NCBI GenBank assembly: GCA_965209055.1
Contig: OZ242374.1
Coordinates: forward strand, 128,001-192,000
Origin: Acidobacteriota bacterium
Lineage (GTDB): Bacteria > Acidobacteriota > UBA6911 > RPQK01 > JAJDTT01
Direction of reading: 5' to 3'
DNA: 64,000 nucleotides
Position 1 is the first letter of the stretch; every line of letters begins with the position of its first letter. Below the pieces are notes generated by a model. The model was not told the DNA's origin. It was given only the letters and a program-made list of their open reading frames with translations, and did not search any database. Below, in pieces: positions 20,266 to 29,659 of this stretch. The position numbers and the translations under genes were made by a program.

Positions 20266-21786
20266 ATGCGGGTACCAGTAACTATGTTCGCATTCCTGGC
20301 CTGGAGCAGCGCTTCCGTTTGGGCCCAGGAATCGGGACTGGAAATCGGCTCCCGGCTGGAGCTGTTCGTGGATGACGCCCTGATCGAGGAGACCCGCGGG
20401 GACGCCCGGGTGGAGCTCCGCCGGCCCGTTCCCAGGGAGGTCGTCCTGGTGACCGACCGGAGCTGGGAAGGGAATGCGTGCGGCCACTTCACCATATTCC
20501 AGGACGACGGCCGCTACCGCATGTATTACCGGGGGTCCCACTTCGAGACCGGCAAGAGGCTGGTGCGTCCGCATCGAGAGGTGATCTGCTACGCCGAGAG
20601 CCTGGACGGGGTCCGCTGGTACCGCCCCAACCTGGGCATGGTGGAGTTCGAAGGGTCCAAAGCCAACAACATCATTCTGGACCGGCTTCCCGTGGGAGGA
20701 TCGGTTCACAATTTCGTCCCCTTCAAGGACGCCAACCCCGCGGCGGCGCCGGACGCCCGCTACAAGGCCGTGTCGAGAGGGAGTCCGGAACGGGGGCTCT
20801 ACGCCTGGAAGTCTCCCGACGGCATCCACTGGGACCTCATGTCCGACAGGCCCGTCATCACCAAGGGTTATTTCGATTCTCAGAACCTGGCCTTCTGGGA
20901 TTCGGTGCGCGGCGAGTATCGCGAGTACCACCGGGAATTCAGAAAGGCCGCCGGGTTGCCGGAGGGACATCGCGGGCTCCGCGACGTTTTGACCGGCACC
21001 TCCCAGGACTTTCTGAACTGGACCGAGCCGGTCTGGCTCCGCTATCCCGGCGCGCCTGACGAGGAGCTCTACACCAACCAGATCCGGCCCTACCACCGGG
21101 CTCCACACATCCTGTTGGGCTTTCCCAGCCGCTACATCGAGCTGGGATGGTCCGATTCCATGAGAGCCCTTCCCGAGTTGGAGCACCGGCGCCTGCGAGC
21201 CGGAGTCCATATTCGTTACGGCACGGCTCTGACCGAGGGCCTCTTCATGGCCGGCCGGGACCGGATCCGCTTTCACCGCTGGGAGGAGGCCTACATCCGT
21301 CCGGGGCTGAGGCCGGTGGACAATTGGGTCTATGGGGACAACTTTCAGAACTGGGGCATCGTGGAGACCCGAAGCCACATCGAGGGAGCTCCCAATGAAC
21401 TCTCGGTCTATGTCAACGAGAGTTACTGGAGGGGGGACGGAACCAAACTTCGACGCCATACCCTTCGAATCGACGGTTTCGTGGCGGTGACGGCTCCCAT
21501 GGCGGGGGGCGAGATCGTCACCCGGCCTCTCGTCTTCGAGGGCGGGCGACTCACCCTCAACTTCTCGACGTCGGCCGCCGGAAGCATCCGGGTGGAGCTG
21601 CAGGATGCGTCGGGTACCCCACTGGAAGGTTTCGGCCTCGACGACTGCTCCGTGGTCTTCGGCGACGAGCTGGAAAGGGAGGTCCGGTGGAAGGGAGGGC
21701 CCGACGTCTCCTCCCTCGCGGGCCGTCCAGTGCGGCTGCGCTTCGCGCTCCGGGACGCGGACCTGTTCGCCCTCCGATTCCGGTGA
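20266..21786 (+). CDS. Secreted glycoside-hydrolase-like beta-propeller protein (paralogue 1)
   Basis: Signal peptide; ELFVDD, YRMYYRG, ESLDG..W.RP.LG, FDSQN and LRIDGF motifs; conserved C-terminal module. Confidence 0.75.
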   Translation: MRVPVTMFAFLAWSSASVWAQESGLEIGSRLELFVDDALIEETRGDARVELRRPVPREVVLVTDRSWEGNACGHFTIFQDDGRYRMYYRGSHFETGKRLVRPHREVICYAESLDGVRWYRPNLGMVEFEGSKANNIILDRLPVGGSVHNFVPFKDANPAAAPDARYKAVSRGSPERGLYAWKSPDGIHWDLMSDRPVITKGYFDSQNLAFWDSVRGEYREYHREFRKAAGLPEGHRGLRDVLTGTSQDFLNWTEPVWLRYPGAPDEELYTNQIRPYHRAPHILLGFPSRYIELGWSDSMRALPELEHRRLRAGVHIRYGTALTEGLFMAGRDRIRFHRWEEAYIRPGLRPVDNWVYGDNFQNWGIVETRSHIEGAPNELSVYVNESYWRGDGTKLRRHTLRIDGFVAVTAPMAGGEIVTRPLVFEGGRLTLNFSTSAAGSIRVELQDASGTPLEGFGLDDCSVVFGDELEREVRWKGGPDVSSLAGRPVRLRFALRDADLFALRFR

Positions 21787-21821
21787 CGTCGACCTGAACC
21801 ATCGACCCAAGGAGACTCATC

Positions 21822-23342
21822 ATGCCATTGCGAGTGATCTTGTTCGTCCTCCTGTTCTGGAACGGTATTTCCGTCCGGGGCCAAGATGCGGGACTGGAGA
21901 TCGGGTCGCGCCTCGAGCTGTTCGTGGACGACCGGCTGATCGAGGAGACCCGGGGAGCCGCCCGGCTCGAACTTCGGCGGCCCCAACCCAGGGAGGTCGT
22001 CCTCGTGACCGATCGGAGTTGGGAGGGCAACGCGTGCGGTTACTTCACCGTCTTTCAGGACGGCGGCCGCTATCGCATGTACTACCGCGGATCCCAATTC
22101 ATCACGGGCGAAACCCTGAAACTCGGGCATCGCGAGGTGGTCTGCTACGTGGAGAGCCTGGACGGGATCCGCTGGTACCGTCCCAATCTGGGTCTGGTGG
22201 AGTTCGAAGGGTCGAAATCCAACAACATCATTCTGGACCGGATTCCCGTGGGCGGCACGATTCACAATTTCGTGCCGTTCAAGGATGCGAATCCGGCGGC
22301 CGCTCCGGACGCCCGCTACAAGGCCCTGTCCAGCGGGAGCGAGTCACGGGGACTCTACGCCTGGAAGTCTCCCGACGGCATCCACTGGGACCTCATGGCC
22401 GACCGGCCGGTCATCACCAAGGGCGCCTTCGATTCCCAGAACCTGGCCTTCTGGGATCCGGTGCGCCGCGAGTACCGCGAGTACCACCGGTACTTCAGGA
22501 AGCTTGACGGCGACCCCGGCGGAAGGCGCGGCATCCGCGACATCCTGACCGGCACTTCCCGGGACTTTCTGGACTGGACCGATCCCGTCACGCTCAGCTA
22601 CCCGGGTGCGCCTGACGAGGAGCTCTACACCAACCAGATCCTGCCCTACTACCGGGCTCCCCACATCCTTTTGGGCTTTCCCACCCGCTACGTCGAGTGG
22701 GGATGGACCGATTCGATGAAGGCCCTTTCCGAGCAGGAGCACCGGCGACTGAGAGCGGGGGTCCATGTCCGGTTCGGCACGGCACTGACGGAGGGCATCT
22801 TCATGGCCGGACGGGACCGGACCAGTTTCCGGCGCTGGCAGGAGGCCTTCGTTCGTCCCGGACTGAGGCCGGTGGACAACTGGGTCTACGGGGACAACTA
22901 TCAGAACTGGGGTCTGGTGGAGACCCGAAGCCATATGGAGGGAGCGCCCAATGAGCTCTCCGTCTATGTGAATGAGGGCTACTGGAGGGGGAACAGCACC
23001 AATATCCGCCGCTATACCCTTCGAATCGACGGCTTCGTGGCGGTGACGGCTCCCATGGCCGGAGGCGAGATCGTCACCCGGCCTCTCGTCTTCGAGGGCG
23101 GGCGACTCATCCTCAACTTCTCGACTTCGGCCGCCGGGAGCATCCGCGTGGAGCTGCAGGACGCGGCGGGAACTCCCCTGCAGGGTTTCAGTCTCGACGA
23201 CTGCTCCGTGGTCTTCGGCGACGAGCTGGAAAGGGAAGTCCGTTGGAAGGGAGGGCCCGATGTCTCCTCCCTGGCGGGCCGTCCGGTGCGGCTGCGCTTT
23301 GCGCTCCGGGACGCCGACCTCTTCGCCCTTCGCTTTCGCTGA
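21822..23342 (+). CDS. Secreted glycoside-hydrolase-like beta-propeller protein (tandem duplicate of 20266-21786)
   Basis: Colinear with and highly similar to the upstream gene; 3' ends nearly identical in DNA. Confidence 0.75.
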   Translation: MPLRVILFVLLFWNGISVRGQDAGLEIGSRLELFVDDRLIEETRGAARLELRRPQPREVVLVTDRSWEGNACGYFTVFQDGGRYRMYYRGSQFITGETLKLGHREVVCYVESLDGIRWYRPNLGLVEFEGSKSNNIILDRIPVGGTIHNFVPFKDANPAAAPDARYKALSSGSESRGLYAWKSPDGIHWDLMADRPVITKGAFDSQNLAFWDPVRREYREYHRYFRKLDGDPGGRRGIRDILTGTSRDFLDWTDPVTLSYPGAPDEELYTNQILPYYRAPHILLGFPTRYVEWGWTDSMKALSEQEHRRLRAGVHVRFGTALTEGIFMAGRDRTSFRRWQEAFVRPGLRPVDNWVYGDNYQNWGLVETRSHMEGAPNELSVYVNEGYWRGNSTNIRRYTLRIDGFVAVTAPMAGGEIVTRPLVFEGGRLILNFSTSAAGSIRVELQDAAGTPLQGFSLDDCSVVFGDELEREVRWKGGPDVSSLAGRPVRLRFALRDADLFALRFR

Positions 23343-23356
23343 CTCCGCGTCTGAAC

Positions 23357-24139
23357 ATGGGATTACTCGACAGCTTCTCCCTGAAGGGCAAAGTGGCGCT
23401 CGTGACCGGCGGGGCGGGGCGGCACGCGCCGGCCTTCATCCAGGGCCTGGCCGAAGCCGGGGCGACGGTCTACGGAGGCGACCTCCGGGCGGACCGGATG
23501 CGGACCGTGGCCGACGGGCTGGCCGAACGGGGCCTGTCGGTGATTCCGGTCCCGTTGGACCAGGGGGACGAGCAGTCGATCCGGGATCTGAAGACCGCCA
23601 TTCTGGATCGGGACGGCGGGCTGGATGTTCTGGTCAATGCCGCGGTGGGCCGGAGCATGGGGGATTGGACCGATGACCCGATGCGCTTCTCCCGGAGCAT
23701 GCAGGTCAACGCGACCGGCCTCTTCTCAGTGACGCGGACGTTCGGCGATGTGATGGCGGAGCGCGGCGGAGGCTCCATCGTCAACGTGGCCTCGATTCAC
23801 GGCCGGATCGGACCCGACCGGAGCCTGTACCAGGGCCTGGACCGCAGTCCCTTCGTTCCCGACTACTTTTTTCACAAAGGGGGCATGATCAATTTCACCC
23901 GGTTCGTGGCCAGCTACTACGGACCGGCCAAGGTGCGATGCAACTGCGTCAGTCCGGGGGGTATCCGGATCCTGCCGGCCACGGATGAGTTCGTCCGGCG
24001 CTACAGCGCCCGCACCATGCTGAACCGGATGGCCGAAGCGCGGGACGTCGCCGCCGCCATCCTGTACCTGGCGTCGGATGCGTCCAGCTACGTGACCGGA
24101 GCCAACCTGGTCGTCGACGGAGGGTATACGGCCATGTAG
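23357..24139 (+). CDS. SDR family oxidoreductase
   Basis: KVALVTGGAG, YFFHK catalytic YxxxK, NCVSPGG and VTGANLVVDGG. Confidence 0.9.
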   Translation: MGLLDSFSLKGKVALVTGGAGRHAPAFIQGLAEAGATVYGGDLRADRMRTVADGLAERGLSVIPVPLDQGDEQSIRDLKTAILDRDGGLDVLVNAAVGRSMGDWTDDPMRFSRSMQVNATGLFSVTRTFGDVMAERGGGSIVNVASIHGRIGPDRSLYQGLDRSPFVPDYFFHKGGMINFTRFVASYYGPAKVRCNCVSPGGIRILPATDEFVRRYSARTMLNRMAEARDVAAAILYLASDASSYVTGANLVVDGGYTAM

Positions 24140-24225
24140 CCGATGCAGAGTCGGTGCCGGAGGGCGCCCGTGCCGTGCGTCGATCCGGATCGGTCCCTCC
24201 GCAGACTTGTCTCGAGAGGTTCGCC

Positions 24226-25884
24226 ATGAACGTTTCCAAGTCGGATTCAACCCCGGTCGCACTCCCGCGATCGGGATCTGTGCGCCTTCCGGCGTGTCTT
24301 TTGGCCTGTTTTCTCTGGACTGGCGGCGGGATCGCCATGGCGGCCGGGCCGGAACCGGTTCAGATCGGTAAGCAGAAGCAGCTCTTCCTGGACGACCGGA
24401 TCGTGGCGTCCCGGCGAGGCGTCTATTCGCTGGTCAATCAACCGCTGAAATACGCCGGAAACCCCGTCCTGCAGATGGACCGCTGCTGGGGCGCCGACAT
24501 GGATTTCGGACACAGCAACCTGATCTACGACCGGGAAGAGAAGATCTACAAGATGTGGAACCAGGTGGTGGACTATCTCTGGAAGGAGAACCTTCTGGGG
24601 TATTACACCTCCGTCAACGGCATCGACTGGGAGGCGCCGGCGGTGGGGCAGTTCGACTTCCGTTCGCCATTCTGCAGAGGGCGGTCCTCCCGGGAGCACA
24701 ATTTCGTCTTCGGCAAGCCGGGAGGAGTCCGGGCGCCGGGAGTGTTCAAGGATCCCCACGAAAAGGACCCGGAGAAGCGCTACAAGATGCTCTACCGGCG
24801 TCCCTCGCTCAAGCCGGGGCAAGAGGGATTCCACGCCGAGACCGTCAAGGGGGGTGTCTGGGCGGCCCATTCGCCCGACGGGATCCGCTGGACCAACTAT
24901 CCCAGTCCCCAAGTCAATCCCGTCTACATGAACAACGACACCCACCAGGTGGTGTTCTGGGACCAGGCCCGAAGCCGGTACGTGGCCCACATTCGGCTCT
25001 GGCCTCCCCTCTTCGAAGGCGATTCCCGATTCCTGGCGCGAGAGGGCCGCGTACGGGCTCCCGGCATCGCCACCAGCACCGATTTCCTGAAGTGGGACGC
25101 GCCCCGGGGGATGAAGGACCCGGTGGAGGTCAACCGGCCCTACCTCCTGATCCCGCCCGAAGAGAGGGACGCTCCCTGCACCGGAGGCTTCTACACCTTG
25201 GAGTGCCTGCCGTACGAGAACCAGTACGTGGCCTTTCTGACCCGCTACCACATCTGCAGCGGGATGGAGCCGGGGATCCCCCCGGTCCGGGGAACCGCCC
25301 GGACGCCGTGGCTGGACACCGTGGACATCCAATTGGTCGCCAGCCGGGACGGCCGGAAGTGGCGCCGGTTGGGGAACGGCCGTCCGTTCCTGCCGGTCGG
25401 GTCCGCCGACACCTACGATGCGGGGATGGTCTACATGGCCCAGTTGCCGGTGGTGCGGAGAGACCTGGGAGAGATCTGGCTCTACTACATCGGCTACCGC
25501 AAGGGTCACTGGGCGCTTCCGCGAGGGGAGAACGAGGAGAGCAGCATCAACCTGGCCAAGTTGCGCCTGGACGGATTCGTCTCGCTGACGGCCGGGGACG
25601 GGGAGTTCACCACCAAGCCCCTGGTTTTCGACGGGGAACGACTGGAGATCAACGCCCGGACCGCGGGCGACGAGGGGCGAGTCACGGTCGAGGTTCTGGA
25701 TGCCTCGACGGGGGAACCGTTGGCGGGATTCGGCCGGGAGGATTGCGACGCCTTCCGGGGAAACTCGATCGCGCACACCGTCACCTGGAGAAACCGCCGG
25801 AATCTGAAGGATCTGGCGGGGGAACCGGTCCGGCTTCGATTTCAACTGCGGCGGGCCAAGATCTTCGCCTTTCAATTTCAGTAA
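24226..25884 (+). CDS. Secreted glycoside-hydrolase-like beta-propeller protein (paralogue 3)
   Basis: QLFLDD, KYAGNPV, SPDGIRW and LRLDGF motifs; close paralogue of 50345-51961. Confidence 0.72.
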   Translation: MNVSKSDSTPVALPRSGSVRLPACLLACFLWTGGGIAMAAGPEPVQIGKQKQLFLDDRIVASRRGVYSLVNQPLKYAGNPVLQMDRCWGADMDFGHSNLIYDREEKIYKMWNQVVDYLWKENLLGYYTSVNGIDWEAPAVGQFDFRSPFCRGRSSREHNFVFGKPGGVRAPGVFKDPHEKDPEKRYKMLYRRPSLKPGQEGFHAETVKGGVWAAHSPDGIRWTNYPSPQVNPVYMNNDTHQVVFWDQARSRYVAHIRLWPPLFEGDSRFLAREGRVRAPGIATSTDFLKWDAPRGMKDPVEVNRPYLLIPPEERDAPCTGGFYTLECLPYENQYVAFLTRYHICSGMEPGIPPVRGTARTPWLDTVDIQLVASRDGRKWRRLGNGRPFLPVGSADTYDAGMVYMAQLPVVRRDLGEIWLYYIGYRKGHWALPRGENEESSINLAKLRLDGFVSLTAGDGEFTTKPLVFDGERLEINARTAGDEGRVTVEVLDASTGEPLAGFGREDCDAFRGNSIAHTVTWRNRRNLKDLAGEPVRLRFQLRRAKIFAFQFQ

Positions 25885-25895
25885 CGGGTGACGGC

Positions 25896-26897
25896 ATGCC
25901 GCCGGGTACGGATCTACGTCTGGGCATCCTGGGGGTCTCCCATGGCCATCCCTATTCCATGTCCGCCTTCTGCAACGGCTACGACCGGGAGGGATTGAAA
26001 GAGGCCTACCCCAACATCGTTCGCTACCTGGAGGCCCAACCGCCTGAGAACCGGCGGCTCTCCGGGGCCAGGGTGGTGTCGATCTGGGCCGAGGACCGCC
26101 GCAAGGCGGAACACGCCGCCTGGATCGGGCGGATTCCCCACGTGGCGGATCGGCCGGAGGACCTCCTGGACGGAGTGGACGGCGTCCTCATCACCGAGAA
26201 CGAGGGAGACACCCACCTTCCCCTGGCCCGGCCTTTCCTGGAACGCGGCATCCCCATCTTCTTCGACCGGCCCCTGGTCAGCCGCTGGGAAACGATGCGG
26301 CAACTGTGGAGCGAGGCGGGAGCGGACTACCCGCTCATGAGCTGCTCCAACCTGCGCTACAATCCGGCGCTCCGGGAATTCAAGGCGGAACCCGGCCCGG
26401 TGGGGACGGCCCGCCTGTTCCGAGGCCTGTCGGCCATGGACTGGTTCGGCTACGGCTGGCACATGGGAGAGACCCTGGTTCAACTCTGGGGCCGGGAACC
26501 CGTGAGCGTCGCCTTTCTGGGAGAATCGGGACCTCTCAAGACCGTTCCCTGGCGGGACGGCGCCGGGAACCGGCACCAGGTCCAAGGGGGAGACTGGTCG
26601 GTGGAGGTGACCTGGTCGAACCGGCGCCGCGCCCATCTGCAGGTCCTGCATCCCCTGGCCAAGACGTTGGAAATGTCGCTGCACGGAACCGGGGGACACT
26701 TGGTGCTGCCGGCCGACGACCCCTTCTTCATGATGCGGAGCCTGCTCGGCGACTTCACGTCCATGGTCCGGACGGGAAAGCGCCCCGTCGAGTTGATGAA
26801 CGACACGGTGGCCGTGTGCCGTATCATGATCGGCGCCGACATCTCCCGGCGGGCGGAGGGACGGAGGGTAAGGGTAGAAAACGAACTCAAGCTCTGA
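25896..26897 (+). CDS. Gfo/Idh/MocA family oxidoreductase
   Basis: LRLGILG, VDGVLI, HLPLARPFLERGIPIFFDRP and SCSNLRY. Confidence 0.8.
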   Translation: MPPGTDLRLGILGVSHGHPYSMSAFCNGYDREGLKEAYPNIVRYLEAQPPENRRLSGARVVSIWAEDRRKAEHAAWIGRIPHVADRPEDLLDGVDGVLITENEGDTHLPLARPFLERGIPIFFDRPLVSRWETMRQLWSEAGADYPLMSCSNLRYNPALREFKAEPGPVGTARLFRGLSAMDWFGYGWHMGETLVQLWGREPVSVAFLGESGPLKTVPWRDGAGNRHQVQGGDWSVEVTWSNRRRAHLQVLHPLAKTLEMSLHGTGGHLVLPADDPFFMMRSLLGDFTSMVRTGKRPVELMNDTVAVCRIMIGADISRRAEGRRVRVENELKL

Positions 26898-26963
26898 AGC
26901 CGGTCGCCTGAGCCTTTTCGATCCACCGAGGACTGCGTTTCCTCGATGTCCCGACATTTACAC

Positions 26964-27009
26964 TTGCAAACTGAGGCTATGGTGTCATAATATGACACCA
27001 TAGCCTCAG
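26964..27009 (+). promoter_or_regulatory. hicAB promoter and operator palindrome
   Basis: TTGCAA (26964)-16 bp-CATAAT (26986), overlapped by a perfect inverted repeat with 19-bp arms (26971-26989 and 26991-27009). Confidence 0.7.
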
Positions 27010-27269
27010 CAGGTCGACATCGGAAAACACTGAATGAGATTTTTGAGCGGCCGACGCGCGCCGGCTTGGCCTGGTCGCGTATTGAGAAGTTGTTGTTGGC
27101 GCTTGGTGCGAGGTTATCGGAAGGGCGGGGTTCCCGCATCCGTGTGCACCTGAATGGAGTTCGTGCGGTGTTCCATCGTCCGCATCCTCGGAAGGAAGTC
27201 GGCAAGGGTGCGCTCAGGTCCGTTCAAAGATTCTTGAAAACGGCCGGGATCGGGCCGGAGGAGGAATAA
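27000..27269 (+). CDS. hicA: HicA toxin (no canonical start codon; possibly a pseudogene)
   Basis: RHRKTLNEIFERPTR...EGRGSRIRVHLNGVRAVFHRPHP. The open frame has ATA at 27000 just after an in-frame TAA at 26988. Confidence 0.75.
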   Translation: MASAGRHRKTLNEIFERPTRAGLAWSRIEKLLLALGARLSEGRGSRIRVHLNGVRAVFHRPHPRKEVGKGALRSVQRFLKTAGIGPEEE

Positions 27270-27598
27270 TGCTGGAATACAAAGGATACGTTGGCCACGC
27301 CGAATACGACTCCGAAGCCCACGTATTCCATGGCGAGGTGCTGGACACGCGCGACGTGATCACTTTCGAGAGCGACACGGTCAGGGGTCTTGAGGAGGCA
27401 TTTCGTGAATCTATCGATGACTACCTGGATTTTTGCACTCAGTGCGGAGAAGATCCGGACAAACCATTTACTGGCCGCCTGACGCTGCGGCTTCCGGCTG
27501 AACTCCACCGCCGAGTCTATGTTCAGGCTAAAGAGGACGGCAAGAGCTTGAATCAATGGATTTCCGACAACCTTGAAACCCAGTTCACGAGGCGATAA
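27269..27598 (+). CDS. hicB: HicB antitoxin
   Basis: MLEYKGY, AFRESIDDYL, and an RHH tail LRLPAELH...SLNQWI; TAATG overlap with hicA. Confidence 0.92.
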   Translation: MLEYKGYVGHAEYDSEAHVFHGEVLDTRDVITFESDTVRGLEEAFRESIDDYLDFCTQCGEDPDKPFTGRLTLRLPAELHRRVYVQAKEDGKSLNQWISDNLETQFTRR

Positions 27599-27676
27599 AC
27601 CATTCAAGCAACCGGCGCCATGTGAGTTTTCTGCTGCACATCGCAGTGCCGTCAGACCAAGAAGAGATCCACCGCA

Positions 27677-28174
27677 ATGAATGACAAACGCGCGATGCTT
27701 CGGCATTTTCTCTCCGCGCTCGCCTACCGGACGCAGAAGGCGCTCCGGGGTGCGCCGGAATCCTTCGGCGCCTTTCAGGCCGGCAACCAGGTGCGGACGC
27801 CGGTCGAGCTGGTCCGGCACATGACCAGCGTTCTCGGCTACGCGCGCACGTTTTTCGAGGGAGGGCGGTACTGGCCGGAGCCGCTGCCGGACCTTGCCGC
27901 GGAAGTGAATCGATTCCATGACATGCTGGAGGATTTGTCGGAGCACCTCGTGGCCGGCACCGAACTGGAGGGAACGACCGGGGAACGGCTCCTGCAGGGA
28001 CCGTTCGCCGACGCCATGACCCATGCCGGACAGCTCGCCATGCTTCGCCGCCTGGCCGGCTCTCCGGTGCGTCCGGAGAATTTCGTGATGGCTGCCGTGG
28101 ATCCGGACAATCTCGGTCCCGACCAACCGGAGCCGGTGAGCCCCGACACGGTCTGGCCGGAGAGGCCTCGCTGA
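27677..28174 (+). CDS. DinB-like hypothetical protein
   Basis: ELVRHM and DAMTHAGQLAMLRR His motifs of the DinB fold. Confidence 0.65.
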   Translation: MNDKRAMLRHFLSALAYRTQKALRGAPESFGAFQAGNQVRTPVELVRHMTSVLGYARTFFEGGRYWPEPLPDLAAEVNRFHDMLEDLSEHLVAGTELEGTTGERLLQGPFADAMTHAGQLAMLRRLAGSPVRPENFVMAAVDPDNLGPDQPEPVSPDTVWPERPR

Positions 28175-28191
28175 CCGGTTCCGATTCCCCT

Positions 28192-29616
28192 CTACCGGAA
28201 GCGGAAGGAATAGAGGTCGGCGTCCTGCAACCGGATGTGGAGGCGGACCGGACGACCCGCCAGGGAGGAGACGTCCGGGCTGCCCTTCCACTTCACCACC
28301 CGGTCGATCTCGTCCCCGTAGACCTCGTCGCAGTCCTGTAGTCCGAAGCCCGGAAGCGGATTGTTGCTCCCGTCCCGAAGCTCGAAGCGGAGGCTGCCCA
28401 CGGCGGAGGTGGCGAAGTTGATCTCCAGCTCGCTCCCCGCGAAGACCAGGGGACGGGTGATGAGAATACCGCCGTCATAGTCGCCGTGGACGGAGGCGAA
28501 CCCGTCCACTCGGAGACTGAGCCGGCGGATGTGAGTGTCGTCCGTTCTCCAGTTGTGCATGGCGTACATGGACAGTTCCCGGGGTCCGGTCTGCAGGATC
28601 CCGTGTTCCATGTACAGCGCCCGCTCGTGCCACGTATTGGGATCGGGCCCCGGCCGCAGATAGGCCTCCCGGAAGGTTCGGTCCCAGTTGATGCCGTCCC
28701 GGCTGGAGAGCAGGACAATGTCGTTGACGCCGGAGCCGGCGGGCCAATCGGGAACCGGCACCCGCTCCACCACGAAGCGGGACGGGAACATGAGAAAGTA
28801 GCTGGGCGCCCGTTCGTAGACCACGGTGTCGTTGGTGTAGAACTGTTCGATGGGGGAGCTTCCCGATTCGATGAGCCGCGGCTCCGACCAGTTCCGAAAA
28901 TCCCGGGACAACGAACGGCGCACCCAGCGGACTCCCAGATCCTTCCAGGAGGTGTTGTCGATCGCCACGCCGGGGACCTTTCGGATGCCGCGCAAGTAGA
29001 TGGCGTACCGTTCCTGCTGCGGGTCCCAGATCAGGATGTTGTGGGAGTCGACCGGAAAGCTGTCGATCAGCGGCTTCTCCCGGAACGGACGCCAGTGAAT
29101 CCCATCCTCCGAGACCAATGCCCGGATCTGGTTCCGGCCGCGGATGATCCCCTTGTACCGTTCCCCGGGAGGCACATCCGGGTTCGGGTCCTTGAGAACC
29201 GAGAGGTTGCCGGCCCGGTTCTCGGCTTCCCAGACCAGGTTGGTCTTCTTGCGGTCCCCGAACGGGATCGGACCGATCATGGGTTTCACCCAGGTGATGC
29301 CGTCCTTGCTCTCGGCGTAGGCGGTCCGATGAGTGGCGGCGTCGGCGCGGTACCAGGCCCGAAACCGGTCTCCGTCCTTGAAGGCCACCATGTAGGAAAC
29401 ACCCTTCTCTTCCCACGGGTGCTCCATACGAAGAGCGGCCTCCCGTCGAACGGGAGAGTGCATCTTCAACCGGACCCCGTCCATGCGGTCGATCAGAAAT
29501 CGATCCACGAACAGTTGGCGCTCACTTCCGATTTGGGCCGGTGAATGGCCCGGTTGCAGGATGGGCATGGCCAGCAACGCCAAAAGGCATGTGGCCACTG
29601 CTTTCGAGTGATTCAT
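28192..29616 (-). CDS. Secreted glycoside-hydrolase-like beta-propeller protein (paralogue 4)
   Basis: Signal peptide; QLFVD, ESKDGITW.KP, SRDGINW and LRVDGF motifs; conserved C-terminal module. Confidence 0.72.
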   Translation of the reverse strand: MNHSKAVATCLLALLAMPILQPGHSPAQIGSERQLFVDRFLIDRMDGVRLKMHSPVRREAALRMEHPWEEKGVSYMVAFKDGDRFRAWYRADAATHRTAYAESKDGITWVKPMIGPIPFGDRKKTNLVWEAENRAGNLSVLKDPNPDVPPGERYKGIIRGRNQIRALVSEDGIHWRPFREKPLIDSFPVDSHNILIWDPQQERYAIYLRGIRKVPGVAIDNTSWKDLGVRWVRRSLSRDFRNWSEPRLIESGSSPIEQFYTNDTVVYERAPSYFLMFPSRFVVERVPVPDWPAGSGVNDIVLLSSRDGINWDRTFREAYLRPGPDPNTWHERALYMEHGILQTGPRELSMYAMHNWRTDDTHIRRLSLRVDGFASVHGDYDGGILITRPLVFAGSELEINFATSAVGSLRFELRDGSNNPLPGFGLQDCDEVYGDEIDRVVKWKGSPDVSSLAGRPVRLHIRLQDADLYSFRFR

Positions 29617-29659
29617 CTGGGATTCTCCCGGTTGGATGTTTCCGAACAGGGTGTCATGA

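Noticed and set aside
17437-21810. Giant 1449-aa and 1359-aa overlapping ORFs
   Set aside because: Each is a real gene (starts at 20266 on + and 20127 on -) extended by the antisense of its divergent neighbour.
24555-25895. N-terminal extension of the 780-aa ORF
   Set aside because: Out-of-frame overlap with the 24226-25884 gene; Gfo/Idh/MocA homology starts at 25896.
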